A stretch of 64,000 nt of DNA. Source: Octopus sinensis. Its lineage: Eukaryota. The stretch is from the NCBI RefSeq assembly GCF_006345805.1, contig NC_043007.1, forward strand, positions 6,758,001-6,822,000, in the 5' to 3' direction. Position numbers and translations under genes: made by a program. Positions within the stretch are counted from its first letter, which is position 1. The number at the start of each line of letters is the position of its first letter. The notes beneath the pieces were generated by a model that saw nothing but the letters and a program-made list of their open reading frames with translations, ran no database searches and was not told the DNA's origin. This document shows positions 40,223 to 55,239 of the stretch, piece after piece.

Positions 40223-40483
40223 ATATATGTATATATATGTATGTATATATATATATACGACCTCGAACACACAAGTGCAAACAAGGGAGTCAGAGAAAGG
40301 CAGAATGCCACTTATATTTGAACACTACTATACAAATATTCCTTTAAAAAAACTTTTCTTCTAATTTTTCTAAATTTAATTAATCAATCGTTACAGTTGA
40401 AAAGGTCTCAAAATGACCGAAACCGGTACTGAAATGTTCTTTATAAAATTATTTTAGCATTTTCTATTTTGACTTATTTTTTC

Positions 40484-40553
<70 letters not shown>

Positions 40554-40589
40554 ACATACATGTATATATATATATATGTATGTATATAT

Positions 40590-40923
40590 GGTGATGACCC
40601 CTTCCGTCAGACACTGACCATGGGTTTGGACCTAGAGAGTTACCCTCTAAGGCACAAGTCTGGGCAAGGTTGTTTTTTTTTTTTTATGGAAGACCAGCAG
40701 TCGCCCATGCATACCAGCCTCCCCTCTCCACGCCACCAGTGTTATCCAAGGGAAAAACTAAGGTCGATACAGCTTGGCACCTGTGACGTCGCAACTCATT
40801 TCTACAGCTGAGTGAACTGGAGCAACGTGAAATAAAGTGTCTTGCTCAAGAACACAACACGCAGCCCGGACCGGGATTCGAGCTCACAACCTCACGATCG
40901 TAAACTCGACGCTCTGACCACTG
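40590..40923 (-). mobile_element. tRNA-derived SINE (fourth family)
   Basis: Minus strand: GGTCAGAGCGTCGAGTTTACGATCGTGAGGTTGTGAGCTCGAATCCCGG tRNA-like head followed by GTTGTGTTCTTGAGCAAGACACTT. Confidence 0.8.
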
Positions 40924-41137
40924 TATATATATGTATGTATATATATATATGTATATACATATATATAATATATATATATATATGTATGTATATATATATG
41001 TATATATATGTATGTATATATATATATATATATGTATGTATATATATATATGTATATATACAAAATTAGAAAATGGAGAAACATACTTAAATCAATCTTA
41101 AATAAATATATATATATATATGTATATGTATATGTAT

Positions 41138-41180
<43 letters not shown>

Positions 41181-42277
41181 ATGTATATATATATGTATAT
41201 GGATATGGATATGGATATATATATAAGATACAGATAAGGAAAAAAGTTATTCTCAAACTTCCGCATCTGTATCTTTCAATACATCTCAATGCTTCAAAGG
41301 CAAACTTTGTGTATATATGTGTGTGTGCGTGTGTATGTGTGTGTGTAGTTGTGTGTATGCATATGCATGTGTCTGATGTACTATAAGAAAACTGGGAACC
41401 TCAAAACAGTGTACGAGAGAACAATTATAAGTTTGTAAAAATAGATATTCTTATATCTCAAACTAATTAGTTTCCGTTTATCGAAAGAATCTTCCACGAC
41501 CGTAGTACAGTGACATGTTAAAATAGAAAATAGTTTAAAATTCTTTATTTTCCCGATATGAAGATACAGTTACACATTAATGTCGCGGTTGTTTCTGATA
41601 TATATTATATCTTTCCTTGATGGAATTCTGTTCATATGTTTTCAAAGGAAACATAATACAGTAAAAGCTTCGCTGACCGATGATTAAATAAATGAACTGG
41701 CTTTCTCTCGCTGTTATCCAATATGTATAAGTTTAGTGTCTATATATTGAGAAAAAGAATTGATTCCAGCAGAGATGATAAATAGTGCTCCGTCATTGTA
41801 TGGAAGGAAGTATATTTTCATTAGTCGTTACAAATCATTATCCACAAATTTAGTAATGAATTGTTTCAAGAGAAATAATTCTGTTTAAAATATATGAACG
41901 TCACTTTGTAATAAGTATAAAGAAAGAAGCGTAAGAAAACTGTATAAAAGCATCTGAGTATAACTTGAGAATGCTGGAGTAAATGTTTAATCGAACAATG
42001 ACTGAGGATGTATTCTGGTCAACTTATTGAAAATGTATTTAAATAGAAGCTATTATTTTGCAGAAATCGAGAGGAAACCTGATAAACACTTTGAAAATAG
42101 TTGATACACGTTTCTGTGAATGTAGTGCAATATGTAAGATATGTGCGGTTGAAACTTATTGTGCTTCGACTCAGAGACTCATCTTGAAATATTTCTCGTG
42201 TCCGCCTTTGTATCGTCTAATCTGTCCCAATATTTTATGCCGTCTATTGCGTTTTTGTTCCATTTATATATATATGT

Positions 42278-42500
42278 ATGAGATACCCGGCGTTGCCCGT
42301 GTTACATGCAATTGAAGAATTAGACTTTTCTGTTATATTTTCTCTAATGAACTGGAATACCTATGATTCGAATTTCATCAATATTGTACATGACGGTTCT
42401 TTCCCTCTTTACATACATTAAAAAAATTTTAACCATGACACATGTATCCCATACTACTGATCTTTATGCGCAGATTCCAAAATTCAAGTCTTGTGGAACC
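42278..42500 (+). mobile_element. possible Helitron/Helentron-type non-autonomous element 5' end
   Basis: GAGATACCCGGCGTTGCCCG resembles the ACCCGGCGTTGCCCGG 5' motif of such elements; the rest is not verifiable. Confidence 0.35.
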
Positions 42501-43010
42501 TGTTAAAAGGATTTTGCTCCTGAAAAATGAAGGTCATAGAGCTCTAAAATGTGGAAGTTAAGGCTCCTATTGGGGGTGGGTGTCTTAATGTCAACCAGGG
42601 AAGTTGAATTGTTGAGAACCTTTTTAACTTGGGTCTTATATCTATTGTTCGAATTTCTTTGAAGTAGGAAGTATATGTATGTTCATTGGATTTGTAAAAA
42701 GAGCAAAGCTAAAGGAAACCAAAAGACGAATGATCACAATAAACAGTCAGCTAACCTACCCTAGTCGTTATTACTCCCCGATGTAGGATTCCTCACCATA
42801 CAGGTGACAGGCACAGCCGTAAGATGCATTACGGATCTATAGCAATTGGAAGGACGTGATCCAACTCAAATAAACATTAACAACTGTGTGACGTGAGGGC
42901 TAAGGAGAAATGAAACCGTCACCTCTGGAGTTTTCAAATGACGACTATACCGATAGGTACCTGGGCAGAATAAATTAACAATCTATTAATGTCTTTCAAT
43001 AACCAATCAT

Positions 43011-43665
<655 letters not shown>

Positions 43666-45208
43666 AGAGAATATGGAAGCTTGTACATTCACTATTTTAC
43701 TGTTATATACAGCATGTGACGATGACGTACAAGTGTTTCCACTGGCGACTCACGATTCACCCACCAAATCAACTGACTTGTTGGCCGGCAGCTGTAACAG
43801 AAGGCCTACGTTGAAGATGGCACGCAGTTGGACTGAAACCGAAGGAAGTGGTTGCGAAGCTGGCTTCTTTACTAGCTTCAACCAGTACACATCCATTTAT
43901 ATACAACAATACCTATATGCCCATATGTGTGAGTGTGTGAGTGTGCGTGCGTGTATGTATTTGTGTGCGTATGTGTGTGTGTGTGTGTGCATGCGTGCGT
44001 GTGTGCGTGCGTGTCTGTTCTCCCAATACGTAAACCATTAGGGCAATGCCTTTTTCGGTCATTGACTACTCAAACCGAATAGAATGTAACTTTGATTTCA
44101 CAGATTCAGTGACTTTCGGGAATACGTAGAATTAGAAAAAAAAATTAAATTATTCCTAGTTATTCCTCAGTTAATTCTTGCTGTTCAATCAAGAGAACAT
44201 GTCTACTACACTGTTTAATCAATGAGATAGTCTCGTCCCTAAAGCAGGTTTTCTGAAAGTTTCAGACTTTTCTCTATAATGCTAAAATCAATAACCACTG
44301 AAAGGAAGATATATGTAACCAACTTTTATCTCATTGGAATTTACAAACGTAATGAACAACACGCCAATTAGGTAAGAAAATTTGTAGTTAATCTATTGTT
44401 TGGTGAGATGAGCGGCACAAAAAGTGCATGTTGTGTAGCTCACGGTTAATTCTGGAAATCTAACGAAATGTAAACAATTAAACTACATGTTGATTCCCAA
44501 CAGTTAGGGAAGACGCAACCCGTTCATATTTGAAAATTACTAAATTTAATTTCGTTTTTGTTCTTGAATATCAGACTAAACTTAGAAAGGATCTGTACTT
44601 AACCACCAAACAAATTCCCAGTTATAGACATTAATTATATGATAGGAAACAATGCCAATGCTGGTTTTGGTTAGAATTTACAAGAATTCAGAAACTGTTT
44701 CAGCAATATGTATCAGCTTAAAATTGCTTTCCTCTATGTAATAATCTCACTCACTCTATAAACGAAACCAAGAACTAGTTTGAAAACAAGATAAAATTTG
44801 AAATCTAATTTGTTTTCTTTCCCTTTATTCTCTAACTTTAAACATAATTTCAGCGTTCATCATTCCATTTTCATGCAACATACACAAACAATGTGGTATT
44901 CTTGAAGGCTTATAATTCCATGATGCAAAGATATTTGATATTACAGTTTGGAAAATAATACGAACTGTAGCATGAGTTCGGCGTTACAATCGTATGTCTC
45001 TTTCATTGCTATCGCAATGAGTTATCCTTGCGAAAATTTTTCTATTGTTTGGTGAAGCGTCTCTGTGCATTCCACACCTTTATTTATTCAGATATAACTC
45101 TCAATCCCTGGTTTAGGACCAAACTCTACGTTCTAACATATGGTTAATTTTATGTGCTACAGAAGTTTTAGCTCTTCCTGGTGCACATTATATATCTGTT
45201 ACAATAAA

Positions 45209-45445
45209 GGCAGCGAGCTGGCGCAGAAATGTTAGCGCGCCGGGCGAAATGCTAAGCAGTATTTCGTCTACCTTTACGTTCTGAGTTCAAATTCCACCGA
45301 GGTCGACTTTGACTTTCATCCTTTCGGGGTCGATAAATAAAGTACCAGTTTCGCACTGGGGTCGATGTAATCGACTTAATCCCTTTTTCTGTCCTTGTTT
45401 GTCCCCTCTATGTTTAGCCCCTTGTGGGCAGTAGAGAAATATACA
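45209..45445 (+). mobile_element. tRNA-derived SINE (GGCGGCGAGCTGG family), full length
   Basis: Homologous to 37193-37400; the 3' end TTTAGCCCCTTGTGGG is shared with 61305-61445. Confidence 0.88.
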
Positions 45446-46149
45446 TATATCTATTACAATATCCTGTAATGATATTCAGCATCATGAAATCCCTGGACTT
45501 CCCTTTTCTATGCCTGGTCTCTTTGCAGTTTTGTTGTAAGATTCTTAAAGCAATTTATAAGCGAGTTTATTTACTCTTCTTCTTTAGATGGGGTAATCAA
45601 CTGATGTTGCTTTTGCGATTTGATGTTGAAGGATTCACTGACGCTGCTACTTACTGTTCTGATCAAAATTCTAATTTCAAATTAATATTGCAGATTGTAT
45701 TTTAGAGGACTTTTCGATGTCTGGATGAATCATAAGACAAAGAGCAACGTCCTTTACGTTTGAAATGCAACAAGGTCTACAAGACGTGAATGGAGCCTCA
45801 GATACTCACGAAAACAAAACATGATGCAGAAAGGAATGTGAGTCCAGGTGTTTTATTTCATTTCTCTATGTCTTCACCTCACCTGTTTCCGCACATTTTC
45901 ACTTTACGCAGTTTCACTAACCCGAATACCTGCTTTAACAAACTTGCAGTTCATTATGCTTACCCATTTTACCACGTGACTGAATACTTATTATTCATAC
46001 TTGCGTTATGTTTATTTTCCGAGCAAACCTTTTACAGGGCTTCAAGGATTGGGGATAAGGAGGGTGGAAGGTATTCTTCAAGCAGAGACCAGTCACAAAT
46101 GTTTGTAACAGAGTGGACATCCTTAACATGCCAAGAAATCCCCAATGGA

Positions 46150-46360
46150 ATTCGAACTTAGAATATTATGAGTCGGCACAAATACCACAAAACCACCAGT
46201 TTCAATTTCTTACAGTTCCGGCAATTAAACTTTTCGGATTCATACATTTTACCAACCTCAAATGGATAAAAGGCAAAAGTGAATTTGGCGGGAGTTCAAC
46301 TTAGAGCGCACACGAGACATTCTATTCGATGCGCTCTCACCGCTCTGTCAATTTGCCATT
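46150..46360 (-). mobile_element. decayed SINE related to the GGCGGCGAGCTGG family
   Basis: AAAGGCAAAAGTGAATTTGGCGGGAGTTCAACTTAGAGC aligns loosely to the reverse complement of the family core. Confidence 0.45.
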
Positions 46361-47596
46361 CTGCTCACGATGAAGTAGAATCCCAACCATAATTATCAGT
46401 GCGCAGAATGTACGATATTTTAATGATCTGTTATGTTCAAATCAGTAATATTAAGGAAGGATATTCAAGCACAAAACTTTAATACAACAATGTATGCAGC
46501 TTTCCCTTGTCATTGAAATAATCCACAATTGAATTACCTCTTGCGTTTTCTTCATATGTTCAGATAGAACACTAATTAAGGCTACAAGGGTTTCAGTTTT
46601 AGCGATAAGACAGAAATTATCCTCCCTTGAGTTATATTCTTCACTTGTATCTATTCAACTAAATTAATTATCTTCTTGCTGTATTTAGTATATAAGTCAA
46701 ATATCCCTGCGTATCAGGAATACGATCAACCTTCTATAACTAGTTGAAGGCAAAGTAATTTATTTACGACACACCAATACCTTTGAGAAAGGCTTAAATA
46801 TCAGGCATTATTATCTGTTATCTTGCTTCAGTGTGTTCGTTTACACATGTGTATAAAACTTATTGTAATCTAAATTTTCTTTCTATTCAGATAATCTGAC
46901 ATTTGATTGTATCATTTATATGTCCTAGGTCAGGAGAAATTTGAATAATTTTGTACAAATTCCAGTTTTCATGAATCGGAAACAACACATATTTCTTGCT
47001 AAACGGTGAGTGACCTATACAGACTACACAATTAAAATGTATAAATTTGCTGGGGCAAGAATTAAATAGAAATCACATCTTTATAGATTGTCTTCTTTAT
47101 CAAAAAGTCTCCTCGTCATTATGCAGACGACAAGCAATCAACGCATTTATGCAGACTTTCTCAAATTAAATTATTTGTGCTGTCTTTTATTGGCTTACAC
47201 TAATGACATTCCTTTCAAAATAACCTACAATGCATTTATTCAAATATCAATCTCACAGAGATTTTTGGCGCCAAATATTCTGAGTGGTTTAAGAATACTC
47301 AAAACATTTGTGTGCAAAGAAGCAAATATAGGCGTATTTTAAATGCCATTAGGAATAAATGGGATTAATGGTTAAGCTACACTTGTGTCAATCAAAGGAA
47401 CACTTATTTTCGTTTTTTTTAAACCAATGTTGTTCAGGAGAATGTGCAACAATAATATCACACACGTACATGTATTCACAGACAAGTAAATGTGGATATG
47501 AGCATATAATACTCAAACACATACACACACAAATATATTTATAGGGATATATATATATATAATATATTTATATGTATATTATATGTTATATATTAC

Positions 47597-47639
<43 letters not shown>

Positions 47640-47642
47640 TAT

Positions 47643-47784
47643 ACCGGAGTAAACACATAAATGTGAAACAAGGTGGAAAAAAAGAGTACTCAAATACCAG
47701 TGGTAGAGTAATATGCTTTATTTGAACGGCAACGAGAAACTCAGAGTAACAGATTTTGTTGAATTTTCTGCTGCTTAAAATAAA

Positions 47785-47800
<16 letters not shown>
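47643..47800. mobile_element. PLE pLTR remnant with an internal inversion and a truncated hammerhead
   Basis: ATATGCTTTATTT and AAAATAAAGTATAT flank GAACG-GCAA-CGA-GAAAC-TCAGA-GTA-ACAGAT; the CUGAU part of the core is missing. Confidence 0.5.
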
Positions 47801-47827
<27 letters not shown>

Positions 47828-48450
47828 GACGGTGATATCGAACAAGTAAAAGATATACACATATAAACAAAACATACATAAGTTTCTAATATTTGCCTGT
47901 GTGCGGGCGTTGTTAGGGTTCGCATATGTGTGCATGTACGTGTATGTGTGTGTATATGATTCAAATAAAGCCCAGAGGTGGTAGTAGAGACAAGTAGCTC
48001 CAACATGAAATACTTCTCATGACATGCATTTCGGGTGCTGTTGAAACCTGTAATTCTGGCGAAACTGTTTCACACTAAAACTAGTGCCGTAAAACCGCTG
48101 TTCTGAATACTTGGAATTTATCTCCCTATCATGAAAATCCTGATTTAAAACTTCCGTTGCTTTGCAGCAAAATATATCCAAATAAACATTGAGCATAGAA
48201 AGATATTGTTTCTATGGAAATCTGAGGTTTTAACAGTTTTGTTCTGGTACACTGTATGTCTGCTTTCTCTGTTCGTTCATTGATATTACGGATGGTGTGT
48301 GATCCAATGATTACGACATCGTGCTCGAAATCTTGTATTTGATTCTTGGACAAGGTATTAAATTGTATCCCTCAACAAGACATTTGAATTCACATTCTTC
48401 ATTAATATCAGCCGGAAATAAATACTAACAGGACCTGAAGTTTAACCCTA

Positions 48451-48736
48451 AGGCGACGGTAGTAGGATCGCAGTTTCGATACTCAGACCGGACATTGTGC
48501 TCCGGCAGGGGGTGGGCGGGATGGCGAACCCTATTGTACACTTTCACCACGACTTTCTCTAACTCTTTCTTCCTGTTTCTGTTGTGCCTGTATTTCAAAG
48601 GGTCAGTTCTGTCTCACTCTGTGTCACGCTGAGTGTTCCCGAGAACTACTTTAAGAGTACACGTGTCCGTAGAGTGCTCGGCCACTTGCACGTTCATATC
48701 ACGGGTCCACTGGAACCTTCGTCGTCGTAACGAAAG
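48451..48736 (+). mobile_element. tRNA-derived SINE (GTGGAGGCGC family), internally deleted
   Basis: Homologous to 55537-55887 and 55030-55206. Confidence 0.85.
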
Positions 48737-49070
48737 GATAATTTCAGATTAAATATTTTGTAATTTTTGGTGAATTATATCCTCGTGTACAAGAGTATTT
48801 CCATTAAATAAGATTGCATTAATCTTAACTTTTTCCTGCGGCTGATGACCTTCAGTTAACTATTCTTTGAATATTCCTATTATTACACACCAACAACCCT
48901 ATATTAACTTGGACATTCTTAACGAAGAGTGTTTCAATGATGAGCTCATGACAAAACCAGACTCTACAGATCTCTCTCTGTCTCTCTCCCTCCCTCTCTG
49001 TCTCAGGTGCACTTACCTAATTAATATCCTATCATCCTTTACAGCGAATGTATATTTTTTCACGGTGGCA

Positions 49071-49150
49071 TATTTAATTTTAGTTTATTTTATTTAATTT
49101 TAGTTTATTTTATTTAATTTTAGTTTATTTTATTTAATTTTAGTTTATGT
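49071..49150. repeat. 20-bp AT-rich minisatellite, 4 copies
   Basis: TATTTAATTTTAGTTTATTT repeated. Confidence 0.9.
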
Positions 49151-50380
49151 TATTGGTTTTATATGCTAGCATAATTTGTAACTAATACAATTGTAATTTT
49201 TATAACTTAAAACTAAATCAATAAATAATTATAGAAGACAATTTAAACTGGTTTTATTGGTAGATTTAAGCCACAATATCATTTGAGAAGAGGAATATTG
49301 TCGAAAGCTTCTTATGTGCGTGTGTTAAATTGTGAACAATAAAATAGTGTTGCACTCAAAACGAAAACAGAAGTAAAATACCGTAAAATAATTCCTTTAT
49401 GATTTTATGGATATGCTAATGCTTTTATGTGGGTGGTCATCGATAATATCGTTCATTAATTGAATGACAACTATGCGGGGAAGAAATGAATCAGAGAATG
49501 GAATATTCTTTAATAGATCAGGACAACTGAAAGGCGAAATCGCTAAGAACAGAATGGAAATTGAAATATATAGGAAGGGAATTGAACATAACAAGGCGCT
49601 ATCTCTAACACAATAACAAGGTTGTAATCCACAGCACGTTAATCATAAGGCTTAATAAAGTACAGAGGGAAGTTCTTTCATCTCGCCAAAAGCATTTATT
49701 TCACCGACCTGCAAATGATGTATTTAAACTAGCACCTTATGTGTGTGTGTGTTTGTGTGTGTCTGTGTGTGTGTGTATGTGTGTATTCACTATCTAAAGA
49801 CCAGCACACAGGGGCACATACATGGCTACATACACAAACATGCAGCAATCTTATCACTGGTTGTCTTAAATATGAGTAGCACAAATGCGGCTCGAGATCT
49901 ACACCAGCGCTGACACATCTGTTCATTCTATCATAGAACTCTTGATTGAATGCGTTGCATTTTCGCCTATGGCTTTCCATATTATACAGCAAATAATAGC
50001 GACGTTAAAATCAAGCCAACCTTAAGGCTAATGGGGTTTTTTAATGAGGAAAAGCCTGACACATAACCGGTAACACTGTCTTAACAACGTATTTGTTTAG
50101 CTACAAAGAAAAGCAAGTCTACATTATTGGATGCAAACGAAATCCAGGTGTGAAATTAGAATTTTCCTTCAATAAGAGAGATCTTTAAACAAAGAGTATG
50201 GCTTTTCAACCCTAGCTGTTGTCTTCATTCGACTTTTGACAAGTTTTCTTCTTTTGTCCTGAAGTGCACACAACTGAAAGCCAGGGTCGTTAACAAATAG
50301 ACTTTTTTCGTCACCGACGTCCTGATCATGTCATTAGTTGCACTGGTTTACATGTTATTAGTAGCTCAAAGAGCGACGTA

Positions 50381-50499
<119 letters not shown>

Positions 50500-50684
50500 T
50501 GTATTCTGATAAGAACGTAGTAGAGTACAGTATAAAGCCTCGTCCACCTTCAGATTTCAGCCTGTGCTATCCAGTATGATACGTACTTCTAGGTTTGCGT
50601 TTGGGAATCTTTCGTGTGTGAGTAGATAACTGAAAAAAAAACTTGAGTCAACAAGAATGGGCACAGTTGGTCATTTATTTTTTA

Positions 50685-50782
50685 ATCACTACAACTGTTT
50701 CCACGCAATGTATTTTTCCAGCTACTTGATTATCCGCCTGTTACCCTGCATTATGGGATCTAGTCGTGTTTCCTCAGGTGAT
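50685..50782 (-). ncRNA. type I hammerhead ribozyme in a probable inverted PLE pLTR (about 50500-50900)
   Basis: Minus strand: ATCAC-CTGAGGA-aaCACG...CGTG-GAAAC-AGTT-GTA|GTGAT. Stem I has 5 bp and stem III is near-palindromic; the base of stem II is imperfect. Confidence 0.7.
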
Positions 50783-51109
50783 ATGTAAATATTGTCTCCG
50801 TAAGTTTAAAATCCACGGCTTCAACAACATCCTCTCTGTCTGTTGTGGCCTGAATTTAATAGTTGTCACTGAGCTTATCAGAGTATGTTGTAACTGAAGG
50901 CCCATTGGCAAATTACTTTGAATGTGTAGATGTAGTGGGATGGTGATTCTGGTAATTTAGACTGAAATAGAGGTGTTCGGGACGAACGGACAGACAGAAT
51001 TTCGTGTTTATTATAAGATTATGTATATATGAAGACATGTATTTGCTTATATATGTGTGCATATATATATATATGTATATATGTATACATGAATATATAT
51101 ATATACACA

Positions 51110-51235
<126 letters not shown>

Positions 51236-51329
51236 TGTGTATGTGTGTAAACATTATCAATATGACATATTTAATGTATGTGCATTGTGAAATACTGTGA
51301 AGCCACTCTGCTTTATCCAGAGTCGACCC

Positions 51330-52580
51330 CTGAAAGGTGTATTGTTTTAAAAAGCACAGCATGCCACAAGCCTAGCTAAACTTCACTCCCAGGAGGTCAT
51401 TCCTCAAAAGATATTAGATAGCAAACATACAAGTAAACTCAAAATAATAAATTTAAGCAACAAACTTTTGAACTCTTACAGAAAGGACTAAAGTTTACAC
51501 CCACGCCAAAATCCAACCAAGCGGAACTTGTAAAAGACTTAGAGAAATTTTGCCGAAAACTTCGGTTAGGAGTATTCTACCTAAATTTTAAATATACAAA
51601 CGAATTACTAGTAATAAAAAACTTCAGGATTCAAACCTCACTTAAATAGTAACAAACACTTGGAAAGATACAAAACTTCCCTACGATGATTCATCTCAAA
51701 ACATAAAAATAATCTAATACAGAATGAGATCAATTCTTTTACCATCATGAAAGTAAAACCAGTTACTTCTGTTGACCTAAGGATTAAAAACTCGATCAAA
51801 TTCAAGAAGACATAAAAGAAAAATACATTTACACATTTGAAACAACGCTCACTCCTTGACGAACCAGCATCAAGCACGCAACGCCTTAGCGAACTTAGAG
51901 ATAGAATGCAGAAATGTGCCAAGCTTCTCTGGAGATGGCATGGAATTTCTAAATTACATACTGGAAAGAGTAAATCAGAAGATGCTTCTCGTTAGTTTTG
52001 ATTTAAAATGCTTATTATCCAGCAATATATCATATGACCTAGGAATTCAAGTCGAGATCATCTGGTAAAAATTTAAAAAATCATATTCGGTAAATAAAAT
52101 ATAAAAGAAATTTTATTTTAGAACGATTGAAATTTATACTTGAAAATAATTCTTTGTCACCAATATTTATTTACAAATAAACGGAACAGCAACTGCGACA
52201 AAAGAAGCCTTGCATGTACAACTCTACCTCTGGGTTTCTTAGAAGAAAAATATATAGTTTCAACTGCCAGAATCATTCAACCAGCGATTCTTGTATTTCA
52301 TAATGAACAGCTGGAAACCCACCACTACGTGACATTTCATCTGTCCCATCCTTCAAATACAAAGAAAAACATACTATTTGACTTAATTTTGAGGGATAAA
52401 TTATAATAAGAATTTAAAATATTTCATGAAAAACAAAAATACTCGACTAGACTTATTGATTTATCAGAGCGAAAAATTGCCAAATAGAGAAGTCGGAAGA
52501 AAACAAGGAGAAGCAAATAGAAACGAACTTGTAAACATTTCATTGATCATCACTCACAATCTGAGAAATGACGACAGCCT
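51330..52580 (+). pseudogene. decayed Penelope-like reverse transcriptase
   Basis: ELLQKGLKFTPTPKSNQAELVKDLEKFCRKLRL, LLVSFDLKCLLSSNISYDLGI (VSFDVxSLYTNIP motif) and a GT...ACTTLPLGFLEE segment (GTAMG...YATLxMGxLE motif); many frameshifts. Confidence 0.85.
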
Positions 52581-52722
52581 CAATACTACTAAGACATATG
52601 TGTGTGTATGTTTGTATGGGGGTGTGTGTGTGTGCGTGTATGTGCATGCATACACAAACACGCACTCTAATATACACACGTGCACACGTACAAACACATA
52701 CACACATATACATGTGCGTATT

Positions 52723-52756
<34 letters not shown>

Positions 52757-52919
52757 AATGTATTAATAATTTTTAATTTTTAACTTTAAATTTAAATAAT
52801 TCAAATTTTAAATTTTATATCTTATATATTTTGTATATTATATTAATTGTTTTTATTTCTGTTTTGGTTTATGTTTTTCACTGTTTTATTTGCCTAATAG
52901 TGGTTTTATCTCTAATTTA

Positions 52920-52953
<34 letters not shown>

Positions 52954-52956
<3 letters not shown>

Positions 52957-53355
52957 CTCTTTTTCCTCTTTTACTTGTTTCAGTCATTTGACTTCGGCCA
53001 TGCTGGAGCACCGCCTTTAATCGAGCAACTCGACCCCGGGACTTATTCTTTTTGTAAGCCCAGTACTTATTCTATTGGTCCCTTTTGCCGAACCTCTAAG
53101 TAACGAGAACATAAACACACCAGCATCGGGTGTCAAGCAATGCTGGAGGGACAAACACAGACACACAAACACACACACGCATATATATATACGACGGGCT
53201 TCTTTTCAGTTTCCGTCTACGAAATCCACTCACAAGGCTTTGGCCGGCCCGAGGCTATAGTAGAAGACACTTGCCCAAGGTCCTACGCAGTGGGACTGAA
53301 CCCGGAACCATGTGGTTGGTAAACAAGCTACTTACCACACGGCCACTCCTGCGCC
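52954..53355 (-). mobile_element. tRNA-derived SINE (GGCGCAGGAGTGG family), full length
   Basis: Reverse complement homologous to 34783-35160, with B-box GGTTCAGTCCC. Confidence 0.9.
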
Positions 53356-53375
53356 TACATATGTATATATATATG

Positions 53376-53479
<104 letters not shown>

Positions 53480-54183
53480 GTACCTGGGTATGGCATTAAG
53501 CTGCATCCGCTTGCCAGGCTCTAGTTCTGGAGTTGATGGAAGCCTGCAGTCACTCCTTACAATTCGTTCGTCACTCAAAATGGAAATAACCGTCATGGTC
53601 CCGTCTATAGGTTAAATAAATTTCCCAAGAGTAGTTGAGGCGTTCATCATTTATGACAATGCCGTTGGAAAGGCAGCTCATGTCAGAGAGAAATACGCTG
53701 ATAGAAAACTTGCGATCGAAATGGTATCACTCATTGTGCAAAACCTGTCAGTGGAAACTGCTATGTTGTACAGGCTTTTGTCGCGAAGATCCACGTCGAA
53801 GCAAACATGAATGTGAATACTCTGCCAAGATGAGGTTATCACACGTACATTCATATAAGAATGTTCTAAGTATATATGTATATATGTGTGTGCGTGTAAG
53901 CATATATGGGTGCGTATCTTTATATGTGTATCTGAATATATAAGTAAATGTCTACAAGTGTGTCTACGTGTGTATATGAATATATATATATATATATACA
54001 TGCGTGCTTTTATATGTGCATGTATATGTTTCTGTGTGTTTGATTACGTTTGTTTTTTTCTGTGCGTGTGATTATTTACATATATGTATGTGCTTATGTA
54101 TGTGTGATTTTGTGTGTCTCGTTTATCATAATCCGTCTTCGTTTTCTTGTTGTAATTAATGATTTACGTGTGCGTATGTGTGC

Positions 54184-54265
<82 letters not shown>

Positions 54266-55029
54266 GCATACATATACACGTACATACATACATATATATA
54301 TTTATATGTGTGTGTCTGTGTACTCATGTGTGTTTATGTGTGTGAATGTACGCACGCGCACAAACAACCAGCCCCATATATACATACGTGTGTGTGTATG
54401 TGTGTATGTGTGTGTCTGTGTGTGTCTGTGTCTGTTGGATTGTGTATATGTATTTCAGAATTTTGTGTCTTATATTTTCTCTTCCCTTCACATTTTCCTT
54501 CCTCTCTTCTCGTTTGCATTTTATACCTTATATGGTCATATCTTGTATGTGTATGTTAGATTTAGGCATATGGCTGCATGTGGGATTTTGCTTAAAAGAA
54601 GACAGAGAGAGCATTGTGACCTGACCTGAAGCTTTTAACACAGGACAATCCACCCGAACAGAAACAAACTTTATTTTCTTCTTTTTACTAATATTCTCTT
54701 ATTTTCATGTCAGCTTGTATTATCTGAAAGTGTATGCGCATACATGTTTGAGTATGAACACACGAATATGTATACGTGTGTGTCTATGTATGTGTGGTTC
54801 TGTAACGTCCCTACCAACTTGCGCACTGAAACTAAACATACATAAAAAGAGGTCTGATACAAAAAAAGGAACAGTTCGGAAATTGCTTTTTCTATATGAA
54901 ATATCCTCTGAGCAGTGGCGCAACATTCAAAACTTGCTTAGTGGGTGCAAACCAGGGTCCAAATTTTGTAATGAAAAATGTAGATTTTTTTATGTTAACA
55001 TTACAACAAATGCAGACATGATAATTATT

Positions 55030-55206
55030 ATTTCAAAGGGCCAGCTTTGTCACACTCTGTGTCAAGCTGAATCTCCTTGAAAACTCCTTTAAGGGTACAC
55101 ATGTCTGTGGAGTGCTCAGCCACTTGCACGTTAATTTCACGAGCAGGCTGTTCCGTTGATCGGATCAACTGGAACCCTCGTCGTCGTAACCGACGGTTTG
55201 CCACGT
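55030..55206 (+). mobile_element. SINE 3' half (GTGGAGGCGC family)
   Basis: Inverted match to 55537-55711. Confidence 0.88.
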
Positions 55207-55239
55207 ACTATAAGTTAATGCAACAAATATTATGTTAAT

